From the human T2T-CHM13v2.0 reference genome, Homo sapiens: 64,000 nt of DNA. Where the stretch lies: the NCBI RefSeq assembly GCF_009914755.1, contig NC_060933.1; one strand, given 5' to 3'. Made by a program: the position numbers and the translations under genes. The notes below the pieces were generated by a model, which saw only the letters and a program-made list of their open reading frames with translations, had not been told where the DNA came from and made no database searches. This document shows, in pieces, positions 16,651 to 32,419 of the stretch (its first letter is position 1; each line of letters starts with the position of its first letter).

Positions 16651-18964
16651 AATAACAGAATTTCAAAATCAATATCAGGGCATCACATTCATTCATGCTT
16701 TAGAAGGCTCTAAAGCCTAGAGGAGAGAGGTCACCAGAACAGGACAGTGAAGATACAGAGAAAAGGTACAGAGCAATAGAATGAGAGAAGCAATGAGAAT
16801 TTTGATTAGACTGGTACATAGATCCCGTGAAAGTAATCATGTCTATGCAGTGGCCTCCAAACTGGTGTTGTTACTTTCACATTCTACCCTCTCTCTCTTC
16901 TCCTACATAGCACTACAAGAAGAGATGTCCTAAAATTCTGCTTTTTACAATGTGTCCTCTCAAAACGTATTTTCTATGGCTCATGCCCGGAAATTCAAAT
17001 AACTCTGAAATGATATCCAGGAAATTCCATAATTTCATTTTCCTCATTCATTATGGTAGGAAATATACCTTGAACATCCATTACATGCCCACATTAGGCT
17101 AAGCAATGTATAAGGCACAGGGTGTGGATTGACCAGGTACTTTGCTGGGGAGATAGCAATCCCATTACCCTACCTGGATACACCTAAAGCTAAAGTAAAA
17201 TATAAGGCAGTTTTAAATTAAATACCAAATCATCTGGACTGCCAATAATCACTACAGAAATCAAGCAAACAAATCTGTATACGTTTAAGTAGCAAAGTGA
17301 ATTTTCCTAAAGAAATAAGTCAGCTTAACTTTATCATTTATACTTATTATAAACGATGTGACAGTTTTCCTAAAGGCCAGTGATGAGCTCAAATTGTTGA
17401 GCTCAAATTGTTTCTTTGGCTCAGGAGCAAATGAATAATATTTCTTAGAATTTGACTTGGTTTCTACATAAAAGAGAAATTAAAAGATGGAATTTTAATT
17501 CCTAGCTGCAATGAATTCTGAAGATTTCGAGGATTCCAGCTAATTGTCTGCTACTTAATTTCTGGCAGGCATTATGGAGGGCATAATGATTTTTTTTCTA
17601 TATAGCAAGTTTTATTAGGATATTAAATCAAAAACTTATATTCAACAGTGTGATTCTTTTAAACATTAGTGCTTCCATTAAAGATGAGTGGGCTCAACTA
17701 CAAGAAAGAAAGTTTTAAGGTACAATAAATTCTCTCTGATCCAAGTATGAACACACATAACAGTTCGGAAATCATCACGATTATTTCTTTAATTCTATGT
17801 AAAAATTCTTCCTTATACAATATAAAATATGGATTATTGATTTGGCACTGATGGTTTGAATCCATGTTTTAACATACTCAAACTCCAATTTTCTACAGTA
17901 ATGAGCAAAAAAATCCAAAGAGAAGTGAAAATAAAAAAATCTTTGCTGAAAATTGAACGTACTATGAATTCACAGTCTAGCCCTTGGGAAGAAAACAACT
18001 GCTAACAGGGAATTGGGAATAATTGCCCTGAAACTTAAAAACTCAAAGACATAGAAATTAGGAGCAAAAGGCAGATCCCAAGGCTTTGGACAATGAAAAG
18101 CTTGCTGGCACTAGAGCAGCCCATTATTCCCAGCTGACATTTAGAGGGGTCAGTGTGCTAAACAGAAGGGGGAGATGAGGAGGATAACGACAGCTCAAAA
18201 TAGGCAAGTGCCAGGTGGAGAAGGGGGAGACTGCAGCTGACTCTCGACTTGCCTGAAACCTAAAAATATAAACGTCTTAGATAGAGCAATGTTTTTCCAC
18301 ATTCTATGATTGCTCCCTCTCTGCCATGCAGGCCACCACCTCTTCATGCTAACAACTTAAAGTGTATTTCCCCCATCTTTCTCCAAACTTTCATGCACAG
18401 AGGCAATATTTATTTTACAAATATTTAACAATTACATGTAAATGTCAATGGATTCTGATTTTTTCAATCAAGTAGAATGTAAGAATTTAAACTAGGGCAG
18501 TTATAACATTAGTGGAATTATAAATCCCATGAATGTTTTCCTCTGTTCTAACTCACAAAGTGGACACATTTTTAACCCAGTTTGACATCAAAGCTTTTTT
18601 TGAATAGCAAAGCAATGTTACACGCTGTTGATTGCATCTCTGCATGAGCAAAAATGTGTCTATATCCAATGTTGAATTAAAACCCTGCAGTTAAAATATC
18701 AGAGCAACTGACAGTATTATTCACTAGCCAACTCTAGGTATAGACTTACCTTTATTTATAATATTTGCACATGCCCTAGATATGTCCAAACTAACCGTGG
18801 TTTAGGAATAATTTTTACAATCTCCTTCCATTTATTCATCTGTATGATTCAAATTTTCCAAAGTGAGTAGTTAATTTACATTTTTTCAAAAACAGATATA
18901 CAATATAAATACCAGAAGGAAATCAGCTGTATGTGAAACTATGCTTAGCCATTTCTACAACATT

Positions 18965-20490
18965 GAAAATGAGAATCAAATTTGGAAGACTTATGTTACA
19001 GAACTTTAAGATTTATGATAAAATTACAGTAATCAATATAATGTTGTATTGGCATAACCATAGACAAATAGATTAATGGAGCATGATGGAGAGTACAAAA
19101 ATAGGCACAAAGATATATGAAAAATTGCTTTTCAACAAAAGGCACCAAAGCAATTGAATGGGGAAAGGAAAGTCTTTACATAAATGGTGGAGAGCAACTG
19201 AATATCCATGTGGAAAAACATAAAATTTTACCTGAGCCTCATACCATACATAAAAATTATTTTAAGATGGATCATAAACCTGAACACATGAGCTTAAACT
19301 ATAAAGCCTTTAGAATACTTCACAGGAAAATATCATTACATCCTATGATTTCTGAGGAGAAAGAAAGCAAAAAATATAAAGTAAGTTAAAAAGATAGCTA
19401 CTTTTATACAAATTTAAAGTTTCTGTTCATTAAAAGACACTGTTTATAAATGAAAAATAAGACACAGATTGGGAGAAAATGTTTGGGAAACATAAATCTG
19501 GGAAAAATACTTCTTCCTTGAAGGTGTAAATAACTCCTCCAAATAAATAATACCAATATTCCCATTTTTTAAATGGGCAAAATGCTAAACAGGAACTTTA
19601 TATATGACGCTATCTGAATAAACAATTAGTAACAAAAAAGTGCCTAATAACACTAGTCTTGAGGGAAATGCAAATTAAAACCATAACGAGATGCCACTAC
19701 ACATACACTAGAATGACTAAAATGTAATATACTAACAGTACCAAATATTAGCAAGGATACTAATATGTAGCCAGAAGAACACTCATACATTTCTGGTGAA
19801 AATATAACATGGTACAATCTCTTTGGAGAAAAGTATGAAAATTTCTTATCACATTGAACATATTCTTACCTATGAACTCATCCATTCCATTTCTAGACAT
19901 ATAAGTGAAAACGTATGTCCACAAAAAGAGTTATACATGAATGTTTATTAAATTTATTCATAATACCCCAAACTGGAAATAACCATTATCAGGACAAGAG
20001 GGAATAAACAAACACAGTCGTGGTCTATCCCTACTGTAGAGTATACTTACCATTGAAAAGGGGAAAATATGATACACAGAACAATGAGGTTGAATCTCAG
20101 AGGCATTACACTGAGTGAAATAAGCCAGTGCAAGTAGTGCATACTGCATAATTACATTTAACTGAAGTTCTAGAACAGGCAAAATTAATTGTAGGTGGAA
20201 AAAATAAGTGGTTACTTCATTTGCAGGGAATGGAGATTGACTGGGAAGGGACATAAGGGGACTGTCTAGGATGATGTGCATATTCTATATCTTGATAGGG
20301 TATGGGTTACATTTGTACATTTCAGTGAAATTTTATTTTAAAAACTATTTAAAAATAACATGGTGGAAATGGGGATATAGACAAAACAAGAATAACAAAA
20401 TCACTAGATAATTGATAAAGCTGGGTGGTGGGTACACTATTTTGTTTGCTTTATATATGTTTCCATTTTTCTATGTAAAAGTAGAAAAAG
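18965..20490 (+). mobile_element. L1ME-type ORF2 3' part and 3' UTR
   Basis: caacaaaaggcaccaaagcaattgaatggggaaagg; gggaaatgcaaattaaaaccataacgagat; ggagattgactgggaagggacataagggg. Confidence 0.8.
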
Positions 20491-22085
20491 AAAGTCTTGG
20501 AAGTTTTCTCACAGAGAGAATTACATTTACAAAGTGAATTGTCTAATCTAATTATATCCAATGCCTGGCAATACACACTGATGGTAAGAGAAAACCACAT
20601 TTCAAAAATTGTAATTCTTCACGTTTGAAAATTTCACATTCCCTGTTTTAACTGCAGAAAAAAAATCTATTAAAAAATTAGCTCAGAAAGAAGCATTGCA
20701 CATGAAACTGTGCTCTGATACCATGACAGCCACTTTCCATGGTGTACCGTGTACTTTGATAAAATGGCCACATTTCAGATGTAGCTGAAAAACTAATTTT
20801 GCAGTATCGATTATGATAATACAGAAAAGAAAATCACAGGTAAATATGTTTCAACTTTTATAGATCAATATATGAAGTAATAGTAGAATTAGGAAAGAAG
20901 CTGTATTTCTGAGATATGGATGACATGAATCAACTCATTTTCAAATTATATTGGAAATATTTTGAATATCTGTGTCTTCCTCATAGTTTATAAAGTAAAC
21001 CATAGAGTTAGATGTTTTGATGAAATAAATATACAAATTTAATTTAATGAATATTTCTATCCTCTCACATGTTTAGAAATGTTCTCTAACCCTATCATAG
21101 TCAACCAAATAGTTTTAAGTTTCTTTTAACCTAATTTTTAAATTATCTTTTCTTATTATTTCTCCCACACATGCTATCCCATTGTCTTCCAGAATTTCAG
21201 TTGTTATTTCATCATTATAACTTTTTCCCTTATCCTTTAATAATGTTTCCTTTTTAACAAGTTTTATAATCTACCATACTTGATTTTTTGACAATGATTC
21301 CTAATTACATAATGCCCTCCTTTATTCTAGATGATATATATATGCATTCCCTTAACAACAGTTTGCTTTGTCTGCATTTAATCTTCTGTTTCAAATGAGT
21401 CTTACCTTGTAAATGTATAGTAATAAAAAAATTTCATATCCCCTTATTCCATGCTAAATAATTGTTTAAAAGCAGGTCATAATTACACGAGTCTCTTGAC
21501 TGCACTCTCAGTCAGTTGGTAGAAATTATACACTCAATGAATCTGAATGTAATGTAGCCAATTCACTTTCCTAGCAATTTGAACTAAAGTCCCTAAGCCA
21601 AATTCAGAGTTACGATGATACAATCCACTCTAGGACAAATACGGCTTCTTATCAAGCTCATCTTTAGACCCAGAGTAACACCCAGAATATATTCCAGAGC
21701 AAAAATGAACAGAAAAGGGTGAAAAATATTATTTTTCTTCAAAACTGAAGCACTTTTTGAGATATCACCATCTTACTTCCAAAGCAAAACCACACAAAAT
21801 CATAATGTGAATTTGTGATAAATGAAACTTGGGATGATTTTAATGTTTAGTTACCAGTGTGTAACTCCCAAATATAACCCTTTTTAAATATAAACAGCAG
21901 TGGTTCATAGTTTTCTACCTTCTATTCTCTGTTCTGACTGGTAAATGCAGGTAGTCCCTGAAAATCTCAAAATTAGAAAAGGTTTGGAAGCTCTTCAGTT
22001 CTCTTATTATGAGGGTGTTCCATTTACAATTTTCCCCATTTCTCCCAACCCATTTACTATTGTGTTTGCGTTGCCATCAATGGGC

Positions 22086-22539
<454 letters not shown>

Positions 22540-23202
22540 TTAAGTTTATGAATTTAAATATCGACTCTACGCTTACATCACACAGTCTTCACACATGAAA
22601 TTTAAACAAAGTCTTTGGAAATTTCAAGCTGTTGATCTAATTATGCACAGCTAATGGGTTGTATTTTGACAGTTCCTGTAGGTCTACTCTTGCAAATTCT
22701 GCACCCAATCTTGGCCATGTTCACTACTCAAATAAGGTCACCATAATTATGCTGCCCTATGTTTCCTTTGCTAATCCATTTATCTTGGGGTTCAAATGTT
22801 GCTCACATGGAGGTTTTAATTACAAAGATACATTTCAGTCACTAGAGTAGTCATTTTATAGGCAACATGAAAGCACTTATATATAAGCTTATTTTTAGCA
22901 TATAAACCTAAGTGTTGAAGAGTACTTTTAGTCTACTAATTAAGTTTATCCTTTAGTTCTTATTCCAGAGGCTTTAAAGCTATAGGCACCACAATATACA
23001 AGTATCCGTATTTTGACTGGTAATACAAGTGAGGAAGATCGATCCTTCTCTTTCAGCTTTATCATTCTTTTGTCAATTTATCCCTAAGTACAAAAGTCAC
23101 ATACTGATATAAAGTCTTCATAATGAAAATTAACCATTACTCCCATCCCCTCACTCATCGTTCTCCACTCCTAATTCTACATTAACAGAGGCAATGACTT
23201 TT

Positions 23203-24485
<1,283 letters not shown>

Positions 24486-26536
24486 CCCAAAGCTAGCAGA
24501 AGAAAAGAAGTAACAAAGATTAGAGCAGAAGTAAATGAAATTAAAACCAAAAACTATAGAGCACAAAAGATAAATGAAACTAAAAGTTGGTTTTTTGAAA
24601 AGATAAACAAAGTTCATAGACCACTAGCTAGATTAATCAAGAAATGACAGAAGATTCAAATAAGCTCAATAAAAACAAACATGAAGACATTATAACTGAC
24701 ACTACAGAAATACAAAAGATCATCGGAGATTACTATAAACACCTCTGTGCAGGTAAACTAGAAAATCTAGAGGAAATGGATACATTCCTGAAAACATAGA
24801 ACGCCCCCCTAGCTTAAATCAAAAAGAAATAGAAACTTCTCACAAAAAAAAGAAATAGAAATCCTGAACTGACCAATAACAAGTAGTGAGACTGAATCAG
24901 TGATAATTTTAAAATCTGCCAACAAAAAAACAAAGCACAAGACCAGACACATTCACAGCCAAATTCTACTATACACTCAGAGAATTGGTACCAATCCTAC
25001 TGAAACTATTCCAAAACACTGAGAAGGTGGGAACTCCCTACCCAAACCCATTCTACAAAGCCAGTGTCACCCTGATACAAGGAAAGAACATAACATTAAA
25101 AAAAAAAAAACTGCACACCAATATACCTGATAAACATAAATGCAAAAATCTTCAACAAAATACTAGCAAAATGAATCTAACAGCATATCAAAAAATTTAC
25201 CATGATTAAGTGGGTTTTATCCCAGGGATGCAAGGATGGATCAACACATGCAAGTTAATAAATGTGATTCATCCTATAAACAGCATTAAAAACAAAAATA
25301 AAATGATTATCTCAATAGATGCAGAAAAAGCATTTGACAAAAGTCAACATCCTTTATGATAAAAAATCCTCAACAAACTAGGCATAGAAGGAACTTACCT
25401 CAAAATAATAACAGCCATATATGACAAACCCACAGCCAACATCACACTGAATGCAGACAAGTTGAAAACATTACCCGTAAGAACCAGAATAAGACGAGGA
25501 TGCCCACCTCCACCACTTATACTCAACATAGTACTGGAAATCCTAGCCAGAGCAATCAGGCAAGAGAAAGAAATAAAGGGCATCCAAACTGGAAAAGAGG
25601 CAGTCAACTACCATTGTTTGCCAATGATATGATCTCATACCTGGAAAACCCTAAGACTCCTCCAAGAGACTCCTAGATTTGATAAATGAATTCAGTAAAA
25701 TCTCATTATAAAATCTACACAAATCAGTAGCAATGCTGTCCATCAACAATGATCAAGCTGAGAATCAAATCAAGAATTAAATTATTTTGCAATAGCTGCA
25801 AAAAATAACATAAAACACCTAGGAATATACTTAGCCAAGGAAGGAAAATATCTCTACCAGGAGAACTGCAAAACACCGCTAAAAGAAATCATAGATGACA
25901 CAAACAAATGGAAATACATCTCATGCTCATGAATTGGAAAAATCAATATCATGAAAATCACCATACCCCCAAAGCAATCTACAGATTCAATGCAATTCCT
26001 ATCAAAATGCCAATGTCATTTTTCACAGAATTAAAAAAATATATTAAAACTCATATGGAACCAAAAAAGAGCCTGAGTAGCCAAAGCAATCCTAAGCAAA
26101 AAGAAAAAATCTGGAGGCATCACATTACTCCAGAATTACATTCAAATTCTACTACAAGACTATAGTTACCAAAACAGCATGGTACTGGTATAAAAGTAGG
26201 CACATAGACCAAGGGAACAGAACAGAGAACCCAGAAATAAAGCCAAACACTTACAACCAACTGATCTTTGACAAAACACACAAAAACATTAACTGGGGAA
26301 AGTGGATAGCCACATGTAGAAACTGGATCCCTATCTCTCACCATATATAAAAATTAAAGATTTAAATCTAAGACCTGAAACCATAAAAATTCTAGAAGAA
26401 AACCTAGGAAAAATTCTGGACATTGGCCTAGGCAAAGAATTTATTATTAAGACCCCAAAAGCAAATGCAACAAAAACAAAAATAAATGAATGAAACCTAA
26501 TTAAACCAAAAAACTTCTGCGTAGCAGTGGAAATAA
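24486..26536 (+). mobile_element. Inverted ORF2 part of the same L1PB
   Basis: ORF2 fragments ([22 protein letters not shown]); ends at gaaataa, contiguous in the consensus with the start of the minus part. Confidence 0.92.
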
Positions 26537-27834
26537 CTTTTCAGCTTGGCTACGTTCAGTTTTCAAGATGGCTTTCTTCATGCTGTGAAATGTGGTGTAT
26601 TTGCAACTCTTCCTGCATATATTGTATTTATATATTCTCCATTTTCTAGCTATGATTTATGTGAGAACTTACCTGATTTATATAATCCCTCACTTCATGT
26701 ATTTCTTCCTAGTATAATTAATAATTATTTTTTATTTCTTCACTGAACTACAACTTCAAACAATATAACTGAACCTTCATTTATAGTTGTATCCACTTTA
26801 AAGCAAACAAAATAAAACAAAGAAATAAAACTCTTGATTCATTATTTGATCACAACAGGAGGAAGACTATCTTAAAAACTAAAACTAGCAAAATGTAAAA
26901 ATCATTGCTTCTGAATGTACAATTGAGTAGAGTAGGGTGGCAGGGGCATGGAAAAAATGGTTCCTTTTCATAATTAAGCCTTCCATATTATTGTATGACA
27001 TTTGAACTTAGAAATAAATGAGGAAAATGATAAAGATGAAAGAGAAGGATCAATTTTCCTTACTTGTATTATCAGCAAATACATTATTTTCTTCATTATA
27101 GTGTATATAGTTTCATTTGATCATACGATAATTACATTATAACTGCACATCTCTTCTCCATTTGTCATTCACTTCCCAACTTTTTTCAACTATACCGTTA
27201 CTTAAATATATTAACATAAAAAGTAGTTAAATTATTAGTATTCAATCTTTCTCAGGTTAAGATTCCCTTCTTTGAATCATTCTGTGTTTTCAGTTCCCTT
27301 CATATTCATATCTAGCTTTTCTTGCACATTTCCTATTGACCCCTACACCCCATACACTATTTCTGATTACATTTTATTGCTATTTTGGAGGTAGTCATTG
27401 TTTGGGGAAGAAGAATCACATATATTTTCACCATACCTCTGATGTCTTCCAGCTTTTCATCATTCTTTCTGTTTGTATTCATTTCAGTCTTTTTTTTCTT
27501 TTTGGACAACTTTAGTATACAAATTTTTTGTCTTTCTTGGATTTTCTGTCTCCTTTACTTCTTTGCTTTCATTCCTTTATCACATTATCAAGAATTCAAA
27601 TCTCTCAGCTCATCTCCTCTGCAGTCAGGAGACCTCTCTCCTAGAGCCTTCCATCCTCAGCTTCAGCCTGGCTCCTACATCTGGTGCACAGCTATTATAC
27701 TGAGGCTACCTCTCATGGCTCATAGCTATTATCCTGGGGCTGCTTCTCACCAGTAAACAAAGGCCGATCCACTGTTTCCTATAGCCTCCTCATGTCTTCC
27801 TCATGGAGAGAATCTTCCTTCATTTAATGTTAGC

Positions 27835-28224
27835 TAGCTAATCAGCTAACATTAAAACAATGAGATTATCCTGGAGTATTCCAGTGGACCTGTTGTAATT
27901 ACAAGAGTCCTTAAAAGTAAAAAAGAGAAACTTGGAAGAGAAAAACAGGGAACGACAGCATGAGAAGGGCTCTTCCCAGCATTTCCCACTGGGCCCATGA
28001 GCCGAGGAATGTGGGCAGTTTATATAAAATGGAAAAGCCAAGGGAATGAATTCTTCCCTAAAGCCTCCAGAAAGAAGCACAGCCTTGCTGACATCTTGAT
28101 TTTACCCTACTGAGAGACCTGTGTTGGGTTTCTAACATACAAAATTGTAAGACAATACATCCACACTATTTTAAATCATGAAGTGTGTGGTAATTTGATA
28201 CAACATCAAAAGAAAATTAGTACA
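27835..28224 (+). mobile_element. MLT1D-like MaLR LTR
   Basis: gagattatcctgga, ccatgagccgaggaatgtgggcag, agcctccagaaagaagcacagccttgctgacatcttgatttt, tggtaatttg...aaaattagtaca. Confidence 0.85.
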
Positions 28225-29350
28225 AATTTTGGTACTAATAGTGGGATGCTACTGTAACAAACACGTAAAAATGTGAACATGGCTTTAGAATTGGGTAGTG
28301 GCCAGAGACTGGAAGAATTTTGAAGAGCATGAGAGAAAAGGCCTGGAGTGCCTTAACAGACCCTACGAGAATTATGGATGATAATCACTCTGCTATTAAG
28401 GATTCACAAGGAAGTGAGGAACATGGTTGGTAAAGAGACATATCACTTCAGAGAATACTAAACTGTCAGCAGACTGCTGGTGGAAATGCAGACACTGAAG
28501 GAACTGCGGGTGAGGACTCAGAGGAAATGAGCACCTAGATCGGAAATCCTCAGCTCTTTCATCATTCTCTTTATTACGTTTTCTTTGTTTTCTATAGATA
28601 GAACACAATGTATTCCTGAATTTTTGTAGACAGTTAAACATGTTGGGGGTTGGGGGAGGTTGGCTGTCGGTTTAATTGTGCTTCCCTCCGTATTTTTTTC
28701 TTTTGTTATTTCATTAATCTGCAGGCTCTCTTTAAATGTCTGGATGAGGAAATCCTTTTCACATAGTGGCTTAGTAGAATTGTGTCCTGCAGTTAGGTAG
28801 AAAGCAGAAATTGTGAGTAACAAACTTGGATATTTAGTTCAACAGATTTCCAAGCAAAGTGTTGAAGGTGTGAATAGGTTTCTTTCTGTTCATCTTAAAA
28901 TGTGAGAGGAAAGAGATAATTGAGGAAGAACTGTTAAACAAAAAAGAACCAGGACTTGACATTTTAGGAAATTCTTTGTCTAATCATATTTCAAAAGATG
29001 CTAAAATTAAGAGATTCACTCTCTGAAAAACATGCTTTAGAGAAAAAAGTGAGTGTGTTACTGAAAATCCTTTCGCTAATACTTCAGAGAAATCACTATG
29101 TCAAAGTATTCAGTCACACTCAAGTCTCTTTGAGAAGATTAAGCATGGGATTCATAAATCCACTCAACCATCTAAGCAGACATCAGGAATAGAGATGGGA
29201 TTATCCAGGAAAGATCAGGGAGGAGGAGATCTGGACTATTGAAGTAAATCCCAAAACCTAAAATACCTACAAGGCTCTGGAGAATGTTAGCCTGCAGAAA
29301 TTGCCAGCTTGAACAGCAAAGGACAGAGAGAGGGTGAAATTTTGAAAGAC
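28225..29350 (+). mobile_element. MLT1 internal sequence (interrupted at about 28540-28748)
   Basis: aattttggtactaatagtgggatgctactgtaac...ggctttagaattgggtagtggccagagactggaagaattttgaagagcatg directly after the LTR. Confidence 0.75.
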
Positions 29351-29559
29351 TATCTTTTTTATTAATAGTAGCAGTGTTATGCTTCAAATTGTCCTGAAAC
29401 CTAGTTTATTTATTGACCCATGTCTACAGATTCCAGGTTCAATATTTTTGGCAAAACTCTTCGTAGGTGGTATAGCAGCAATTGATGATTATTGCCTATA
29501 TCCTTTAATTCATTAGGAGTTGTGAAGCAGAATGATATTCTGATTCCATCATTTCATCA

Positions 29560-29928
<369 letters not shown>

Positions 29929-30264
29929 TCATGTAAATTTAACATACACACATTTATAGAATTTAACTCACTAATTAATGAGGAAAACAGCAAAATATTA
30001 AGCGTGGTTCAAAGTACATTTTGAGATATTAAGACTTCATTGTAAATTTAATAAAATAATAGTAGAGTCAGTTTGCTAGATTATAAACCAAACTGGCCGG
30101 TGTCTTATCTTTGAGGTTATCTTTTCCACTGAACAGAAACTTCTTATTTACTACACAAAAAATCTACAGGATAATATGCAATTCCACTAAGCCTGAAATC
30201 TTTAATCAGAGTTTTAATATTTAAATCTGTTTATCATCTTAAAGGCAAACTTCCCCTTATCAGT

Positions 30265-30558
30265 GTTTTTTTGTTTGAGACAGAGTCTCACTCTATCACC
30301 TACGCTGGAGTGCAGTTGCAAAATCTCAGCTCACTGCAACCTCCACCTCCCAGGTTCAAGCCATCCACCAGTCTCAGCAGCCCAAGTATCTAGGATTATA
30401 GGCATGCACCACCCCACCCAGCTAATTTTTGTATTTTCACTAAAGACGGGGTTTCACCATGTTGCCCAAGCTGGTCTCAAACCCTTGGACTCAAGCAATC
30501 CTCCCGCTTCCGCCTCCCTAAGTGTTGGGATTACAGGAGTGAGTCACCATGCCCGGCC
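30265..30558 (-). mobile_element. AluJb-like
   Basis: Reverse dimer with ggactcaagcaatcctcccgc (J-type). Confidence 0.9.
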
Positions 30559-31191
30559 ATGAATCAATTTTTAAATATCAATTTTTTTATTAGTCACCTT
30601 GGCCCTTGTGTGCAGATAATTAAAACTAGCATATAGAAAATAGAAATTTTATTCTATAAATTGCATCATCCCTGTTAGCTTTCTAATTCAAGTCCCATAG
30701 GAAGACACTTCACTAATGTAACACTGAATTTGGTTTTGAAGTTAATCATTTACACAGCAATAGCTCATTTTGCAAAATAATTTAATTACAGAAATGTAGC
30801 ACACACAAGTGTTTGTGTAACAATATCTTCAGAAAAAGTGATATTTCCACTGAGCTGAAAAACTTGTCAATTAAAACTCAAGAAAATAAGTTATTGAAAA
30901 TTTTTACTTACGTAAATTAATTACTAGTTATTTTAAAATACTTTTAATGACATGGAGAGGTAAGAACTTTAAGGCCGTGAAAAATAATCTACAGTTGCTA
31001 TCTTTACCTAAAAGTCTTCTCTAAATTAATTGCAATTACTAGAACTATGTTGCTGAAATCCATTTGGGCTCCCCCTACAGGTGACTTTTTTTGTTTCTCT
31101 TTTTTTTTAATTGTTTGGGATGGACTGATAGGTAGTGCCCCTCACCACCCCTCCTTTAAATCATTATATTTATGAATTTTTTCTGAGGAAT

Positions 31192-32014
31192 TGATACAGA
31201 ATGGCTGGGCTCCTGGCTAAACCCTACCCTTAAGCCCAGAACCGTGGCTCTAAGTGAAAACAGCTGGCCTTGTTTTTCTGCCCAAATGTCACCTTTTTGG
31301 CCTGCCGCACCCCTATCCTGTGCCCATAAAAAGACCTCAGCTAGCAGAGCCACACAAGCAGCTGATGCAAGCGGTCAGGGATACAAGTTGCTGAGCGTTG
31401 GGGATACAAGCAGCTGAGTGGCAAGCAGAGAAGCAGCAACTAAAGTCAAAGACTATGGGTAAACGTGGCTAACTTCAGACAGTGCAGCTTCAGGGAAAGA
31501 CCACGTTCTTCCCGCACCATCCCCTTTCCACCTCTGGTAACACAGGTCTCCTAAGGTGAGCTCAGGGAGTTCAGAAACCTCCCGTGGAGCATAAAGGCAA
31601 AAGCTCACTTAATCTTGATTTTCATTACTAATACAGACCACGAAAGTGAGCCCTCACAATCCTTCTGACTTTTGGGTTTTAAGCAGGAGGTGCCCCCATC
31701 CCACTGAGAGCCATCACCCAATAAAATCCTTCACATACACTACCCCTCAATTTGTATGAACTGATTCTTCCTGGACACAGGACAAGAATGCCAGTGCCCA
31801 GAGGGCAGGGGCTTGGACGCTGCTGTGGGGCCCGCACAGAGCCTGCTCCCACCAGACAGGAGCAACTGGCCACTTCCAGTGTTCATTCCCTCTGGTTCCC
31901 ACACTTGCTTGCTCACACGCTCCCTTTCGCAAGGAGTGGTCAGCTGCGGGCTGAGTGAAAGGAGACATTCCAGTTCCCACCCATGAAGGGGGTCAAGGGA
32001 ACAATCCCATCTTA
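31192..32014 (+). mobile_element. Solo ERV1 LTR, LTR1 (HUERS-P2)-type
   Basis: Starts TGATACAG, ends gggaacaatcccatctta; 4-bp TSD gaat at 31188-31191 and 32015-32018; cataaaaa TATA-like near 31326, AATAAA at 31720. Confidence 0.8.
31535..31692 (+). pseudogene. 28S (LSU) rRNA fragment, domain V, inserted in the LTR
   Basis: ggtaacacaggtctcctaaggtgagctcagggag..cagaaacctcccgtggagca...aagctcacttaatcttgattttca...ccttctgacttttgggttttaagcaggaggtg matches recalled 28S sequence, with many differences at CpGs. Confidence 0.95.
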
Positions 32015-32419
32015 GAATCACTAAGTTGGTTTCCTTCAGTTATTTTTTTCTCTGATGTGGAAACTTGTACTTCTTTGGGTAAATAAGTTTTAACTTTCTT
32101 TCCTGACACTTGAATTCTGTGGGAGTATACAGTGTAGATAGACAATATACAGGATATTAAGCTGTGAAGGTGCAAGTGTGTCCAATTCTTAATTGTAAAT
32201 TGTCTTCTGAGATGGTCACAGTTGAGTTTCAGGTGACTGAGGACAGCTGAAATACATGTAATTATAAAGCCATTATCATTTGAGGAATGTCATTTTAATA
32301 TACCTTTTTAGGGTTTTTAATTCACATAAAAATATTTGTGTATATACATATATTTTTTCTAAATTTTAATAATCTACACTGAAAGCATTAATTTCTCAAA
32401 ACCTTAAAGAGCAGTCTAT

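Noticed and set aside
31535-31692. Functional rRNA gene
   Set aside because: Only 158 nt, CpG-decayed and embedded in an LTR; it is a pseudogenic fragment.
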